Below the pieces are notes generated by a model. It worked only from the letters and a program-made list of their open reading frames with translations. It had not been told where the DNA came from and ran no database searches. A stretch of DNA of 64,000 bases from Verrucomicrobiota bacterium (lineage in GTDB: Bacteria; Verrucomicrobiota; Verrucomicrobiia; Limisphaerales; CANJSG01), in the NCBI GenBank assembly GCA_043744715.1, contig JAYTUE010000088.1:4462-68461 (forward strand), read 5' to 3'. Positions 47,975-59,975 of the stretch are shown piece after piece (positions within the stretch are counted from its first letter, which is position 1; each line of letters starts with the position of its first letter). Both the position numbers and the translations under genes were made by a program.

Positions 47975-49366
47975 ATGAAAATCCGATCCAAAAGCATCCC
48001 CGCGACATTGGTAGCTGCAGGACTCTTCGGTTTCGGCCCGAAGTCCCTCGCTGCCGAGGAATCCATTGCCGAACTGAAGACACTCATCCAGCAACTCGAT
48101 CAGAAGATCAAAGTGCTCGAACGCAAGCAGGAGCTCGACAAAGAGTCCGCCACCGAGAAGTCCAAGACCACGGCGGTAGTCAGCGCCGGGCCCGGCGGCT
48201 TCCAGCTCCGTTCCGCTGACACCAATTTCGTCCTGAAGATCCGCGGCTACGTCCAAGCCGACGCGCGCTTCTATCCGGATGACAACTCCTCCGGCACCAA
48301 GAACGACACCTTCCTCCTGCGCCGGGTCCGGCCGATCTTCGAGGGCACGCTCTACGACAGATACGACTTCCGGGTGATGCTGGATTTCCCATCTGGAAAC
48401 ACCATTACCGCTAACAACAACGGCCTCGTCCAAGACGCCTATCTCAACGCGAGATTCTTCCCTGAATTCCAGCTTCAGATTGGCAAGTTCAAGGAGCCCG
48501 TCGGCCTCGAACGCCTCCAATCTGCAGCCAATCTTCTTTTCATCGAGCGTTCGTATCCGACCCAGCTTCTGCCCAACCGCGACGTGGGCATCCAGATCCA
48601 GGGCGATCTCTTCAACAACACGCTCAACTACCAGGTCGGAGCCTTCAACGGCGTGCCCGACGGCGGCAGCGGGGACACGGATGCGACCAACTTCGACGAC
48701 GAAAAGGATGTTGCCGCCCGGCTTTTTGCGGCGCCCTTCCGCAACTCCGACAACGACGCGCTGCGCGGTCTCGGTTTCGGCATCGCGGGAACCTTCGGCG
48801 ACCGTGAAGGCGCTCCGCGCGGATACGCCTCCGCCGGCCAGCAATCCTTCTTCGCCTACACCGGAACGGTTGTGGCCGATGGCCAGCATTGGCGCATCAG
48901 CCCGCAGGCCTATTACTACTGGGGGCCATTCAGACTCATCGCGGAATACGCCGTCTCCTCGCTGCACCTCCGCAACACCGTCAACGGCCGGCAGCAGGAG
49001 CTGACCCACACCGGTTGGCAGGTGGCGGCCTCGTGGTTCCTCACGGGAGAGGACAACTCCTTCAAGGCGGTCCAGCCAGCCAAACCGTTCACCGTGGGCG
49101 GCGACGGCTGGGGCGCGTGGGAAGTCGCCGTGCGCATCAGCCAGCTCGACATCGACGACGACGCATTCACGGGCGCGGGGCCGTTTGCCAGCGCCGCAAC
49201 GGCCGCCTCCGCCGCCACGTCCTATGGCGTAGGCGTGAATTGGCACCTCAACCGCAACGTGAAGTTCTCCCTCAACTACGAACTCACCGACTTCGACGGC
49301 GGCACCAGCCCGCTCCTCGCCAACGGCGAACAAGCCCTGTTCCTGCGTGCTCAAGTCGCCTTCTGA
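47975..49366 (+). CDS. OprO/OprP-family anion-selective porin
   Basis: Signal peptide, N-terminal coiled coil (EESIAELKTLIQQLDQKIKVLERKQEL), then a beta-barrel with FVLKIRGYVQADARFY, RRVRPIFEG and the C-terminal aromatic LFLRAQVAF. Confidence 0.75.
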   Translation: MKIRSKSIPATLVAAGLFGFGPKSLAAEESIAELKTLIQQLDQKIKVLERKQELDKESATEKSKTTAVVSAGPGGFQLRSADTNFVLKIRGYVQADARFYPDDNSSGTKNDTFLLRRVRPIFEGTLYDRYDFRVMLDFPSGNTITANNNGLVQDAYLNARFFPEFQLQIGKFKEPVGLERLQSAANLLFIERSYPTQLLPNRDVGIQIQGDLFNNTLNYQVGAFNGVPDGGSGDTDATNFDDEKDVAARLFAAPFRNSDNDALRGLGFGIAGTFGDREGAPRGYASAGQQSFFAYTGTVVADGQHWRISPQAYYYWGPFRLIAEYAVSSLHLRNTVNGRQQELTHTGWQVAASWFLTGEDNSFKAVQPAKPFTVGGDGWGAWEVAVRISQLDIDDDAFTGAGPFASAATAASAATSYGVGVNWHLNRNVKFSLNYELTDFDGGTSPLLANGEQALFLRAQVAF

Positions 49367-49396
49367 CCCGTCAACAAAACCTTTTTCCAGAATCCC

Positions 49397-50392
49397 ATGA
49401 ACCTCTCCCGTATCGTCCTCGTTCTGGCCCTTTCTCTGGCATCCAGCGCTTGGGCCAAGGACCTCAAGCTCCTCAACGTCTCCTACGACCCCACGCGCGA
49501 GCTCTACACCGAGTTCAATGCCGCCTTCGCCAAACACTGGAAGGCCAAAACCGGCGACAACGTCACCGTTGAACAATCCCATGGCGGTTCCAGCAAACAG
49601 GCCCGCAGCGTGATCGACGGACTCCCGGCCGACGTCGTCACCCTCGCGCTGGCCTACGACATCGACGCCATCTCGGACAAGTCGCGCCGCCTTCCGGCCG
49701 ACTGGCAGAAGAAGCTGCCCAACAACAGCGCGCCCTACACCTCCACGATCAACTTCCTCGTCCGGAAAGGAAATCCCAAGGGCATCAAGGACTGGAACGA
49801 CCTCGTGAAACCCGGCGTCTCCGTCATCACGCCCAATCCGAAGACCTCCGGCGGCGCCCGTTGGAACTACCTCGCCGCATGGGGATACGCGCTGGAGAAG
49901 TCCGGCAACGACGAGGCCAAGGCGAAGGAGTTCGTTGGCAAACTTTTCAAGAACGTGCCCGTGCTCGATTCCGGCGCGCGCGGTTCCACCTCGACCTTCG
50001 TGCAACGCGGCATCGGCGACGTCCTGTTGGCCTGGGAGAATGAAGCGTTCCTCGCGATCAAGGAATTCGGCGCGGACAAGTTCGAGATCGTCACGCCGTC
50101 CATCTCGATCCTCGCCGAACCCACCGTCACGGTCGTCGACAAGGTGGCGAAGAAGAAAGGCACCGAGGCCCTGGCCCAGGCGTATCTCGAACACCTCTAC
50201 TCGGACGAAGGCCAGGACATCGCCGGCAAACACTTCTACCGCCCGCGCAGCGAGAAGGCCGTCGCGAAATACGCTTCGCAGTTCCCCAAGCTGAAGCTCC
50301 TCTCCATCGACGCTTCGTTCGACGGCTGGCGCGCGGCGCAGAAGAAGCACTTCGATGACGGCGGAATCTTCGACGACATCTACAAGCCCTGA
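49397..50392 (+). CDS. sbp: Sulfate/thiosulfate ABC transporter substrate-binding protein
   Basis: [13 protein letters not shown]...[16 protein letters not shown]...[19 protein letters not shown]...[20 protein letters not shown] is nearly collinear with E. coli Sbp/CysP. Confidence 0.93.
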   Translation: MNLSRIVLVLALSLASSAWAKDLKLLNVSYDPTRELYTEFNAAFAKHWKAKTGDNVTVEQSHGGSSKQARSVIDGLPADVVTLALAYDIDAISDKSRRLPADWQKKLPNNSAPYTSTINFLVRKGNPKGIKDWNDLVKPGVSVITPNPKTSGGARWNYLAAWGYALEKSGNDEAKAKEFVGKLFKNVPVLDSGARGSTSTFVQRGIGDVLLAWENEAFLAIKEFGADKFEIVTPSISILAEPTVTVVDKVAKKKGTEALAQAYLEHLYSDEGQDIAGKHFYRPRSEKAVAKYASQFPKLKLLSIDASFDGWRAAQKKHFDDGGIFDDIYKP

Positions 50393-50418
50393 ACCACGGT
50401 TCCGCATTCCTTCCCTCC

Positions 50419-51246
50419 ATGAACTCCGCGATCCTTGAACCGTCCCACTCCTCCGGATCAACCATCCCACGACGACGCAGCCTGGCAGCCCTCCTCGCGC
50501 CGCTCGAACGAATGGCTTCGGTTTCCGGCAGCCTCCTGAAGCGGAGCGCCGGGCGGTTCGAGGTCGATGGAGAGGACTATGAGTTGCCGCGTTATGTGTT
50601 CCACGGACCAGCGGGTGGCGGCGATCCCCTGCGCATCGGCATCTTCGCCGCGATCCACGGCGACGAACCGGAAGGGGCCGCCGGCTTGATCTCCTTCGTC
50701 CAGCAGCTCGTCCGCAATCCCGCCATCGCCCAAGGCTACGTGCTGTTCCTCTACCCGGTCTGCAATCCCACCGGCTACGAGGACGGCACCCGCAATTCGC
50801 GCCGTGGCCACGACTTGAACCGCGAGTTCTGGAACACCACCCACGAACCCGAGGTGCTCCTGCTCCAGAACGAGCTTTGCACGCACGCATTCCACGGGCT
50901 GATCGCGCTGCACTCGGACGATACGAGCCATGGACTCTACGGTTTTGTCTCCGGCGCGACGCTGACAAAGGACCTTCTTGAGCCGGCGCTCAAGGCCTCC
51001 GAGCAGTTCCTGCCGCGCAACGACGACGCGGTGATCGACGGCTTCAACGCCCGCCACGGCATCATCCGCCAGGGCTACAAGGGCATCCTCAAGGCGCCAC
51101 CGAAAGTCCACCCGCGTCCGTTCGAGATCGTCTTCGAAACCCCGCAGCACGCGCCGCAGTTCCTCCAGGAGAAGGCCCTCGTCGTCGCGCTCCATTCGAT
51201 CCTGACCGAATACCGCAGGGTCATCAGCTACGCCGCGAACATCTAG
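50419..51246 (+). CDS. M14-like zinc hydrolase (succinylglutamate desuccinylase/aspartoacylase-type) embedded in the sulfate operon
   Basis: [12 protein letters not shown] (HxxE zinc motif), [26 protein letters not shown] and LIALHSD (third ligand). It starts 27 nt after sbp and ends 2 nt before cysT. The N-terminal ~35 codons are uncertain. Confidence 0.65.
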   Translation: MNSAILEPSHSSGSTIPRRRSLAALLAPLERMASVSGSLLKRSAGRFEVDGEDYELPRYVFHGPAGGGDPLRIGIFAAIHGDEPEGAAGLISFVQQLVRNPAIAQGYVLFLYPVCNPTGYEDGTRNSRRGHDLNREFWNTTHEPEVLLLQNELCTHAFHGLIALHSDDTSHGLYGFVSGATLTKDLLEPALKASEQFLPRNDDAVIDGFNARHGIIRQGYKGILKAPPKVHPRPFEIVFETPQHAPQFLQEKALVVALHSILTEYRRVISYAANI

Positions 51247-51248
51247 TC

Positions 51249-52082
51249 ATGTCACGCAACAGCAGACGCAGCGTCCTACCCGGCTTCGGACTGACGCTCG
51301 GCTACACGCTCCTCTATCTCGGGATCATCGTGCTCGTTCCGCTGTCGGCGGCGTTCATCAAGACGTCGTCGCTCACGTGGGAACAGTTCTGGAGCACCGT
51401 GACCGCGCCCCGCGTGCTCGCGTCCTACAAGCTGACCTTCGGCGTTTCCCTCCTGGCGGCACTGGCCAATGTCGTCTTCGGACTGCTCGTCGCCTGGGTG
51501 CTGGTGCGCTACCGTTTCTTCGGACGAAGGTTCGTTGACGCGCTCGTCGACCTGCCCTTCGCGCTTCCGACGGCCGTGGCCGGCATCGCCCTGACCACGC
51601 TCTACGCGCCGAACGGCTGGATCGGCCGGTGGTTCGAGCCGCTCGGCATCAAGATCGCCTTCACTCCCATCGGCATCTGGATCGCGCTCACCTTCATCGG
51701 ACTCCCCTTCGTTGTCCGCACGGTCCAGCCGGTCCTCGAAGACTTGGATGCCGAACTCGAAGAAGCCGCCGCCAGCCTGGGAGCCAATCGCTGGCAGACC
51801 TTCTGGCGCGTCATCCTACCGCCGCTCTATCCGCCGCTGATCACCGGCTTCGCCCTGGCCTTCGCCAGGGCCATAGGCGAATACGGCTCTGTCGTCTTCA
51901 TCTCAGGCAACATGCCGATGAAGACGGAGATCACCCCCCTGTTGATCATGACCAAGCTCGAGCAATACGACTATGCCGGCGCGACCGCGCTCGCCGTCGT
52001 CATGCTCATGCTGTCGTTCTTCCTCCTGCTCACGATCAACGTCCTCCAATGGTGGGGCAGCCGTTACCAAAACCCGCACTGA
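51249..52082 (+). CDS. cysT: Sulfate ABC transporter permease CysT
   Basis: 6-TM MalFG-type permease with EAA-loop [22 protein letters not shown]. It is the first of two paralogous permeases after sbp. Confidence 0.9.
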   Translation: MSRNSRRSVLPGFGLTLGYTLLYLGIIVLVPLSAAFIKTSSLTWEQFWSTVTAPRVLASYKLTFGVSLLAALANVVFGLLVAWVLVRYRFFGRRFVDALVDLPFALPTAVAGIALTTLYAPNGWIGRWFEPLGIKIAFTPIGIWIALTFIGLPFVVRTVQPVLEDLDAELEEAAASLGANRWQTFWRVILPPLYPPLITGFALAFARAIGEYGSVVFISGNMPMKTEITPLLIMTKLEQYDYAGATALAVVMLMLSFFLLLTINVLQWWGSRYQNPH

Positions 52083-52085
52083 CGC

Positions 52086-52964
52086 ATGGCCTCCGCCGCA
52101 CCCAGCCGCATCGCCCGCTCCGCCGACCGTCCCGTGCGCTCGACGACGGAACCCGCGTGGGTCCGCCGTTCCCTCATCGCCGTCGCCCTGCTCTTCCTCG
52201 GCGTCTTCCTGCTGATCCCGCTCATCGCTGTTTTTGCCGAAGGCCTGGCCAAGGGATTTGAAGCCTACTTCAAGTCGTTCGCCGACGAAGCCACCCTGTC
52301 CGCGCTCAAGCTCACCTTGATCGCCGCCGCCATCGCCGTGCCGTTGAACCTCGTCTTCGGCGTGGCGGCGGCGTGGTGCATCGCCAAGTTCGACTTCCGC
52401 GGAAAAAACCTGCTCATCACCCTGATCGACCTGCCTTTTTCCGTGTCGCCGGTCATCTCGGGTTTGATCTATGTGCTGCTCTTCGGCGCGCAGGGGTTGC
52501 TCGGCCCGTGGCTGATGGACCGGGACATCCAGATCATCTTCGCCGTGCCCGGCATCGTGCTGGCCACGATCTTCGTCACCTTCCCATTCGTCGCGCGTGA
52601 ACTCATCCCGCTGATGCAGGCGCAGGGCCGAACCGAGGAGGAGGCCGCCCTCGTGCTCGGAGCCAGCGGTTGGAAAACCTTCCGGCTCGTCACGCTGCCG
52701 AACATCAAGTGGGGCCTGCTCTACGGCGTCATCCTCTGCAACGCCCGCGCCATGGGGGAATTCGGCGCCGTGTCCGTCGTCTCGGGCCACATCCGAGGCC
52801 AGACCAACACGCTCCCCCTCCACATCGAAATCCTCTACAACGAATACAACTTCGTCGCCGCCTTCGCCGTGGCCTCGCTGCTGTGCCTGCTCGCGCTCGT
52901 CACCCTCGCGTTGAAGACGTGGGTCGAGTGGAAGGGCGCGCAGCTCCGTCCCGAACACGACTGA
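52086..52964 (+). CDS. cysW: Sulfate ABC transporter permease CysW
   Basis: Second permease. EAA-loop [22 protein letters not shown]. Confidence 0.9.
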   Translation: MASAAPSRIARSADRPVRSTTEPAWVRRSLIAVALLFLGVFLLIPLIAVFAEGLAKGFEAYFKSFADEATLSALKLTLIAAAIAVPLNLVFGVAAAWCIAKFDFRGKNLLITLIDLPFSVSPVISGLIYVLLFGAQGLLGPWLMDRDIQIIFAVPGIVLATIFVTFPFVARELIPLMQAQGRTEEEAALVLGASGWKTFRLVTLPNIKWGLLYGVILCNARAMGEFGAVSVVSGHIRGQTNTLPLHIEILYNEYNFVAAFAVASLLCLLALVTLALKTWVEWKGAQLRPEHD

Positions 52965-52976
52965 TCCCTTTCAAAA

Positions 52977-54074
52977 ATGAGCATCGAAGTCCGCAACATC
53001 ACCAAGACCTTCGGCACGTTCCACGCTCTCAAGTCGGTGAACCTCGAAGTCCGGCCGGGCGAGCTGCTGGCCCTGCTCGGACCGTCGGGCTCCGGCAAGA
53101 CCACCCTGCTCCGCATCATCGCGGGCCTGGAGTTCGCCGACCCGGGTTCGGCGCAGATCTTCTTCAATGGCGAGGACGTCACCCACCTCCAGGCCAGCCA
53201 GCGCAAAGCCGGATTCGCCTTCCAGCACTACGCGCTCTTCCGGCACATGACGGTGTTCGAGAACATCGCCTTCGGCCTGCGCGTGCGCCCCAAGGAGACG
53301 CGGCCGACCGATGCCGAAATCTCCCGCCGCGTGAAGGAGCTCCTCCAGCTCGTGCAGCTTGAACCGCTCGGCAACCGCTATCCCTCCCAGCTCTCCGGCG
53401 GCCAACGCCAGCGTGTCGCCCTTGCCCGCGCCCTCGCCGTCGAACCCAAGGTGCTCCTCCTCGACGAGCCCTTCGGCGCGCTCGATGCCAAGGTCCGCAG
53501 GGAACTCCGCCGTTGGCTGCGACGCCTGCATGACGACATCCATGTCACCAGCATCTTCGTCACGCATGACCAGGAGGAGGCGCTGGAAGTCGCCGACCGC
53601 GTCGTCGTGATGAACGAGGGCCGCATCGAGCAGATCGGCACGCCTTCAGAGGTCTACGACCACCCGGCCAACACGTTCGTCTTCCACTTCCTCGGCAACG
53701 TGAACCTCTTCGGCGGCCGTCTGGCCCAAGGAAAAGTCCACCTCGGCGACACGACCATCAACGTGCGGAACCCCGAGGCCTTCGACGAGAAACCCGCCTC
53801 GGTCTACTTCCGGCCGCACGACGTCCGCATCACGCGAACCCAGGAAGGAATCGACGGCATCCCGGCCATCGTTCGCCACGTCAACTCGGCCGGCCCCATT
53901 GTCCGCGTCGAATTGCAGAGGCTTGATGACCAGACAAGGTTCGAGGTGGATTTGAACCGCGAACAGGCGCGGTTGTTGAACCTCAAGACCGAGGACGAAG
54001 TCTTCGTGCACCTGGAAAAAGTCCGCATCTTCGCCGAGGACAAACAGCTCCAGTCCGACGACTACGCCATCTGA
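52977..54074 (+). CDS. cysA: Sulfate/thiosulfate import ATP-binding protein CysA
   Basis: [27 protein letters not shown] and [11 protein letters not shown], plus a C-terminal TOBE-like regulatory domain. Confidence 0.92.
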   Translation: MSIEVRNITKTFGTFHALKSVNLEVRPGELLALLGPSGSGKTTLLRIIAGLEFADPGSAQIFFNGEDVTHLQASQRKAGFAFQHYALFRHMTVFENIAFGLRVRPKETRPTDAEISRRVKELLQLVQLEPLGNRYPSQLSGGQRQRVALARALAVEPKVLLLDEPFGALDAKVRRELRRWLRRLHDDIHVTSIFVTHDQEEALEVADRVVVMNEGRIEQIGTPSEVYDHPANTFVFHFLGNVNLFGGRLAQGKVHLGDTTINVRNPEAFDEKPASVYFRPHDVRITRTQEGIDGIPAIVRHVNSAGPIVRVELQRLDDQTRFEVDLNREQARLLNLKTEDEVFVHLEKVRIFAEDKQLQSDDYAI

Positions 54075-54084
54075 ACCGGGACGA

Positions 54085-54543
54085 TCAGATCGAGAAGTCG
54101 ACGGGCCGGTTCGATTCGGCCATGGCCTTGCGGTCGTCGAGCATCTTCTGGAGGGAATGGTTCTCCAAGATGGCGGCCGTCGAGTCCCGCACCTGTTTCA
54201 TGGCCAGCCGCAGGGAGCAATAGGCCTCCTGTTCGCAGTCATCACACCGCGAGTAGGCCGTCTGGCTGACGCATGGAGTCCAGGCCAGGGGGCCATCGAT
54301 GTGCCGGATGATGTCGCCGAGGCTGATCTCCGAGGCGGGCACCCGCAGCTGATAGCCGCCCTTTTTTCCGGCCCGGCTGACCACGAACCCGGCGCTTTTC
54401 AGCTCGACCAGGATGGCTTCCAAAAATTTCTGGGGTATCCGCTCCTGGACCGCGATCTCCCGGATCTGCATCGGTCCTGGGCCCGTCCACGCAGCGAGGC
54501 TCATCAGGGCGCGGATCGCATACTTGGCTTTGCTGGACAACAC
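54085..54543 (-). CDS. Rrf2-family transcriptional regulator (IscR/CymR-like), convergent with cysA
   Basis: LSSKAKYAIRALMSLA...IREIAVQERIPQKFLEAILVELKSAGFVVSRAGKKGGYQL is a winged HTH. Cys residues at CVSQTAYSRCDDCEQEAYC. The start is GTG 54543 or TTG 54540, and the upstream part of the ORF is probably non-coding. Confidence 0.85.
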   Translation of the reverse strand: MLSSKAKYAIRALMSLAAWTGPGPMQIREIAVQERIPQKFLEAILVELKSAGFVVSRAGKKGGYQLRVPASEISLGDIIRHIDGPLAWTPCVSQTAYSRCDDCEQEAYCSLRLAMKQVRDSTAAILENHSLQKMLDDRKAMAESNRPVDFSI

Positions 54544-54741
54544 GCCCGAGCATTGAACGACGCCCGCGTCGGTGCCATGGAGAAATTTTCCGTTCACTGG
54601 GAAACGGGCCCGGCATCGCCTGTCGAACTGGACACCCCGTCGGCCAGCTCATATCTCGACACCCACGCCGTGCGCTCCTAACGTCGTGCCGATTACTGAA
54701 GGCCAACACGCCGACGGGGCTGAAAAACTTCTGGAAGACCC

Positions 54742-55086
54742 ATGACCCACCTCCTGAGACCCGGCGAACGAATCCACGTCATCCATCGCCGTCTTTTCGA
54801 CAAGGACATCCGCCGGCACTTCATCGGCGAGGTCGATTTCTATGACGCCGGCCTGATCCGTGCCACCGGCTACGTCTTCGCCATCGACGAGAACCAGGGC
54901 CACAATTTCACCCGACGCCCGGACAAGCGTTCCCGCATCCTCTCGGTCAACGACGGCAGCCTCATCGTGAACGTGATCCCGCTGCTGGTGAACATCGAGG
55001 CGGTGGTCTATGAGCACCACAACGGCGGCCTCCGCGTGACCGACGGCAATTGGGCCATGGACATCAAGGAATTCGGCCTGGTCTGA
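54742..55086 (+). CDS. Hypothetical protein (114 aa)
   Basis: Clean ATG ORF with coding-like composition. No motif recognised. Confidence 0.45.
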   Translation: MTHLLRPGERIHVIHRRLFDKDIRRHFIGEVDFYDAGLIRATGYVFAIDENQGHNFTRRPDKRSRILSVNDGSLIVNVIPLLVNIEAVVYEHHNGGLRVTDGNWAMDIKEFGLV

Positions 55087-55098
55087 GCACCCGGCACC

Positions 55099-55674
55099 CT
55101 ACGCCCTCTTCGCCGCCTCTTTTGCCGCGATGCCGGCAATGAGTTTCTGGAAGTCCTCGTCCTCGCCTTGAAGCAATGACGGCAGCGCCGCCCGGAAGTC
55201 CGGCCGGCGGCACCATTCCCGCATGTAGTCCTCCCAACTGAGCCACAGACGCCGCGTCTGCTTGCTCATGTCCTCCTCGTAGACCAGCAGGTAGGACCGT
55301 TCGAAGAGTGAGACGAGAATGTTGAACAGGGCGAACTTCCGCTCCTCCTGTTCCTCCGTCAGCTTCACTTCCACCACCCCGCGCCGCAGGAGCTGGAGGT
55401 CGGCGTTGTCGAGGACCAGCTTCAAGAAGTTCGAGTATTCGTCGGACAGCCGCTGGTAGATCTCCTCCTCCTCGTTCTGCCGTTCGCGCCGTTGTTCCCA
55501 GCTGAAGACCACAATGGCGAACGGCAGGGCGACCACGGTCACGACGTAGCTCATGAACTCGAACCACTGGAGCACATCCCAGGGTTCGCCGGGCGTTCCG
55601 TTCTCCCCCGACTTGGCCAAGAGCCTGAAAGCCAGGAGGGCAGCGAGCGCCAGGATGACCGGAAGTTTCCGCAT
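55099..55674 (-). CDS. Hypothetical two-TM membrane protein with acidic helical C-terminal domain
   Basis: Signal/TM MRKLPVILALAALLAF and a second TM FMSYVVTVVALPFAIVVF. The remainder is Glu/Leu/Arg-rich and looks helical. No motif recognised. Confidence 0.5.
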   Translation of the reverse strand: MRKLPVILALAALLAFRLLAKSGENGTPGEPWDVLQWFEFMSYVVTVVALPFAIVVFSWEQRRERQNEEEEIYQRLSDEYSNFLKLVLDNADLQLLRRGVVEVKLTEEQEERKFALFNILVSLFERSYLLVYEEDMSKQTRRLWLSWEDYMREWCRRPDFRAALPSLLQGEDEDFQKLIAGIAAKEAAKRA

Positions 55675-56208
55675 GGCTCCAAGGTGCCGGTGAAGTGCCA
55701 GGCCAGCAATGCCGCAGGGAAATCCTCTTCTTTCTGGTCCCGCTTTCGTTCGTTTCCATCAAAATTCAAGCAAGAGAACGAGAAGGATTCGGACTAAGCC
55801 GGACCCATGCAGTAGAGAGCAGGGCGGGCTTCAAGCCTGCCCCGTGCTGACAAGGGTTCCCGGATTGCCCGGCATCGTGATCCGCCCGCACTGTTTGATT
55901 TCAGACCGGCAGCGCCATGGGCAGGCAAGATGCACTGCCCTACCTGGCCGAGTCCGCTTCGCGGCTCGTCCTTCCACTGCATGATCCCGGCTGAGGGCCC
56001 ATGATCCCCGCCATGTCCCGTCCGGTCGCCAGGCTTGTCGTGGAAGGGGATAAGGGTGCGTAACCGGGGGCCAAAGGGGGGCTTATACCTGAACACGGGA
56101 CGTTGACGCTTGTCCGCCCGAGCCGTTGTATGACAGGCAACTGGAAGCCCGCCGAACCGTCCCATGCCACGCATGGACCCAGTGCGTCGGTCGAAACCAA
56201 GCCAAACC

Positions 56209-57003
56209 ATGACCCTGGTCCAACAGATCTTCCAATCATCGCTCGGGAGAAAATACATCGCCGCGCTGACGGGCGCCGGACTCTTCGTCTTCCTGATCGG
56301 GCATCTCGCAGGAAACCTGCAGGTGTTCGGGCCGCCGGATCTCATCAACGGCTACGCGCATTTCCTGAAGTCGAAGCCGCTGATGGTCTGGGCTGCCCGG
56401 CTCGGTCTCCTCGCCTGTGTCGGACTGCACATCTACGCCGTCATCTCCCTGGCCATCGAGTCCAAGGCGGCCCGGCCGGTCGCCTACGCCGGTGGCGCGG
56501 CCTACGGATCGGCTTGGCGCTCGCGCTACATGCTGGTCAGCGGCTTCGTGATCCTCGCGTTCGTCGCCTACCATCTCGCTCACTTTACCGCGCTGCTGCC
56601 GGGCATCAACGGCTTCGGCGACTTCTCCAAGTTGAAGACGGAGCTGAAGGATGCCGGCGAAGTTCCCGACGTCTATGCGATGATGGTCCTCGGCTTCCGG
56701 GTCTGGTGGGTGACGCTCTTCTACCTGATCGCGCAGGCGCTACTGTTCATCCATCTCGGCCACGGTCTGTCGGCCATGTTCCAATCGCTCGGACTGCGGA
56801 ACCACGTCTGGTGGCCGCGCATCCAGACCTTCGCGAAGGTCTTCAGCACCGCACTCCTCATCGGCTACATCTCCATCCCGATCGCGATCACGCTGGGACT
56901 CGGCCGCGAGTATTCGGACAACGCGAAGACGAAGCTGAACATGCCGCTCGGACAGCGATCTGTTCCACAACACGGCTCATCGGATGGTCTCGTTTTGAAA
57001 TAG
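56209..57003 (+). CDS. sdhC: Succinate dehydrogenase/fumarate reductase diheme cytochrome b subunit (b558 family, 5 TM)
   Basis: Start at ATG 56209 ([11 protein letters not shown]). His in TM helices ([28 protein letters not shown]). It precedes sdhA. The C-terminal ~35 aa tail is atypical and lower in GC. Confidence 0.8.
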   Translation: MTLVQQIFQSSLGRKYIAALTGAGLFVFLIGHLAGNLQVFGPPDLINGYAHFLKSKPLMVWAARLGLLACVGLHIYAVISLAIESKAARPVAYAGGAAYGSAWRSRYMLVSGFVILAFVAYHLAHFTALLPGINGFGDFSKLKTELKDAGEVPDVYAMMVLGFRVWWVTLFYLIAQALLFIHLGHGLSAMFQSLGLRNHVWWPRIQTFAKVFSTALLIGYISIPIAITLGLGREYSDNAKTKLNMPLGQRSVPQHGSSDGLVLK

Positions 57004-57014
57004 GGCACAAAAAT

Positions 57015-57203
57015 ATGTCGAAACAGAACCGCCCATCCAAGCCGCGTTTGCAGTCGACCATCGTTGCAATGAAGCAGATCCGAGAGATCCAAAGCCTGCT
57101 CGTTCAACTGGAGAGCATGGAAAAACAATCACAAACAGCCGGCCCGCCCTCCGCGGCGGCTTCAGGAACGATTTCCCGATCAACCGCGCAGCGAAGCACC
57201 TGA
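57015..57203 (+). CDS. Candidate 62-aa small ORF between sdhC and sdhA
   Basis: The ATG at 57015 gives [43 protein letters not shown].... It fills the sdhC-sdhA gap exactly, with its stop 2 nt before the sdhA ATG. There is no family match I can recognise and no obvious SD, so coding status is uncertain. Confidence 0.3.
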   Translation: MSKQNRPSKPRLQSTIVAMKQIREIQSLLVQLESMEKQSQTAGPPSAAASGTISRSTAQRST

Positions 57204-57205
57204 TC

Positions 57206-59167
<1,962 letters not shown>

Positions 59168-59180
59168 GCAGGCAGCGAGG

Positions 59181-59975
59181 ATGTCACAAACTGTGATCTC
59201 CTTGGAAACCGTCATGAGCACCGACTCCAACCTGATCCCCGCCGAGCGCATCGAGCGCCGCATCCTGCTCGTGCGGGGGCAGAAGGTGCTGCTGGATTTC
59301 CAGTTGGCGGAACTCTACGAGGTGCCAACCAAGGCCATCAACCAAGTGGTGAACCGGAACCTCGAACGCTTCTCCGAGGACTTCATGTTCCAGCTCACGG
59401 AAGCGGAGATGCTCGAAGCCGCCCTGACTCCTGGCATCGCCGTTCCGTGGCCCGTCCGGCTGTTTAGCTGCGGAGCAGCGGCAGACAGTAGCCCGCGGCG
59501 TGAGCCGTGGGTTGGCGGCAATTGGGATCAAGCCCCGGCAGGGGCGGCAGATCCGGCAGGCGCTTCTGTCGCCCCTGCCGGGGCTTGTCCATCACTCGGC
59601 CATCGGACCCACGGCTCACGCCGTGGGCTACTATCTTCCGCACCTCCGGCGCTGGAGACGGAATGGCACGCGGGAACATGGCCGCTGGCCTTCACCGAGC
59701 ACGGCGTGGCCTTGCTCTCCGGGCTGCTTCACGGCCAGCACGTTGCCCGGACCACCGTTTCCATTCTCCGAGTCTTCGCCCAGTTGACGAAGCAGGAGCA
59801 GTTGGCTGCGGACGCTCAAGACGCCATGAACGAAATCCGCACTTGGCTGGATCGGGATCGTTCCAGCGTCTTTGAAACGCCGCGTTCGCCCAGGTTTTTG
59901 CCCACAGTCCAGCGCCGCGACTGCGCTCCGCGCTTTCAATCCCACTTCGCAACTCGCAAATCGAAACTCTCATGA
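59181..59975 (+). CDS. ORF6N (KilA-N-related DNA-binding) domain protein, split by an in-frame repeat insertion, inserted between sdhA and sdhB
   Basis: [53 protein letters not shown] and [16 protein letters not shown]...ILRVFAQL are the two conserved halves of ORF6N. About 100 unrelated Ala/Pro/Gly-rich codons separate them. The stop overlaps the sdhB ATG (ATGA). An alternative start is the ATG at 59214. Confidence 0.7.
   Translation: MSQTVISLETVMSTDSNLIPAERIERRILLVRGQKVLLDFQLAELYEVPTKAINQVVNRNLERFSEDFMFQLTEAEMLEAALTPGIAVPWPVRLFSCGAAADSSPRREPWVGGNWDQAPAGAADPAGASVAPAGACPSLGHRTHGSRRGLLSSAPPALETEWHAGTWPLAFTEHGVALLSGLLHGQHVARTTVSILRVFAQLTKQEQLAADAQDAMNEIRTWLDRDRSSVFETPRSPRFLPTVQRRDCAPRFQSHFATRKSKLS
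59487..59632. repeat. 146-nt nested-palindrome (REPIN/MITE-like) element inside the ORF6N gene
   Basis: The outer 26-nt arms are AGTAGCCCGCGGCGTGAGCCGTGGGT (59487..59512) and ACCCACGGCTCACGCCGTGGGCTACT (59607..59632), with 1 mismatch. The inner arms are a perfect 17 nt: AAGCCCCGGCAGGGGCG (59530..59546) and CGCCCCTGCCGGGGCTT (59570..59586). Confidence 0.85.

Noticed and set aside
47879-50968. 1029-aa minus-strand ORF antisense to the porin, sbp and M14-like genes
   Set aside because: Arg/Gly-rich shadow ORF. The plus-strand genes match well-known families almost residue-for-residue (Sbp).
56103-57203. 366-aa plus-strand ORF overlapping sdhC in another frame
   Set aside because: Most of it is Arg/Pro-rich out-of-frame sequence over sdhC. 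Only its last 62 codons (57015..57203), which lie in the sdhC-sdhA gap, were kept, as a low-confidence small ORF.
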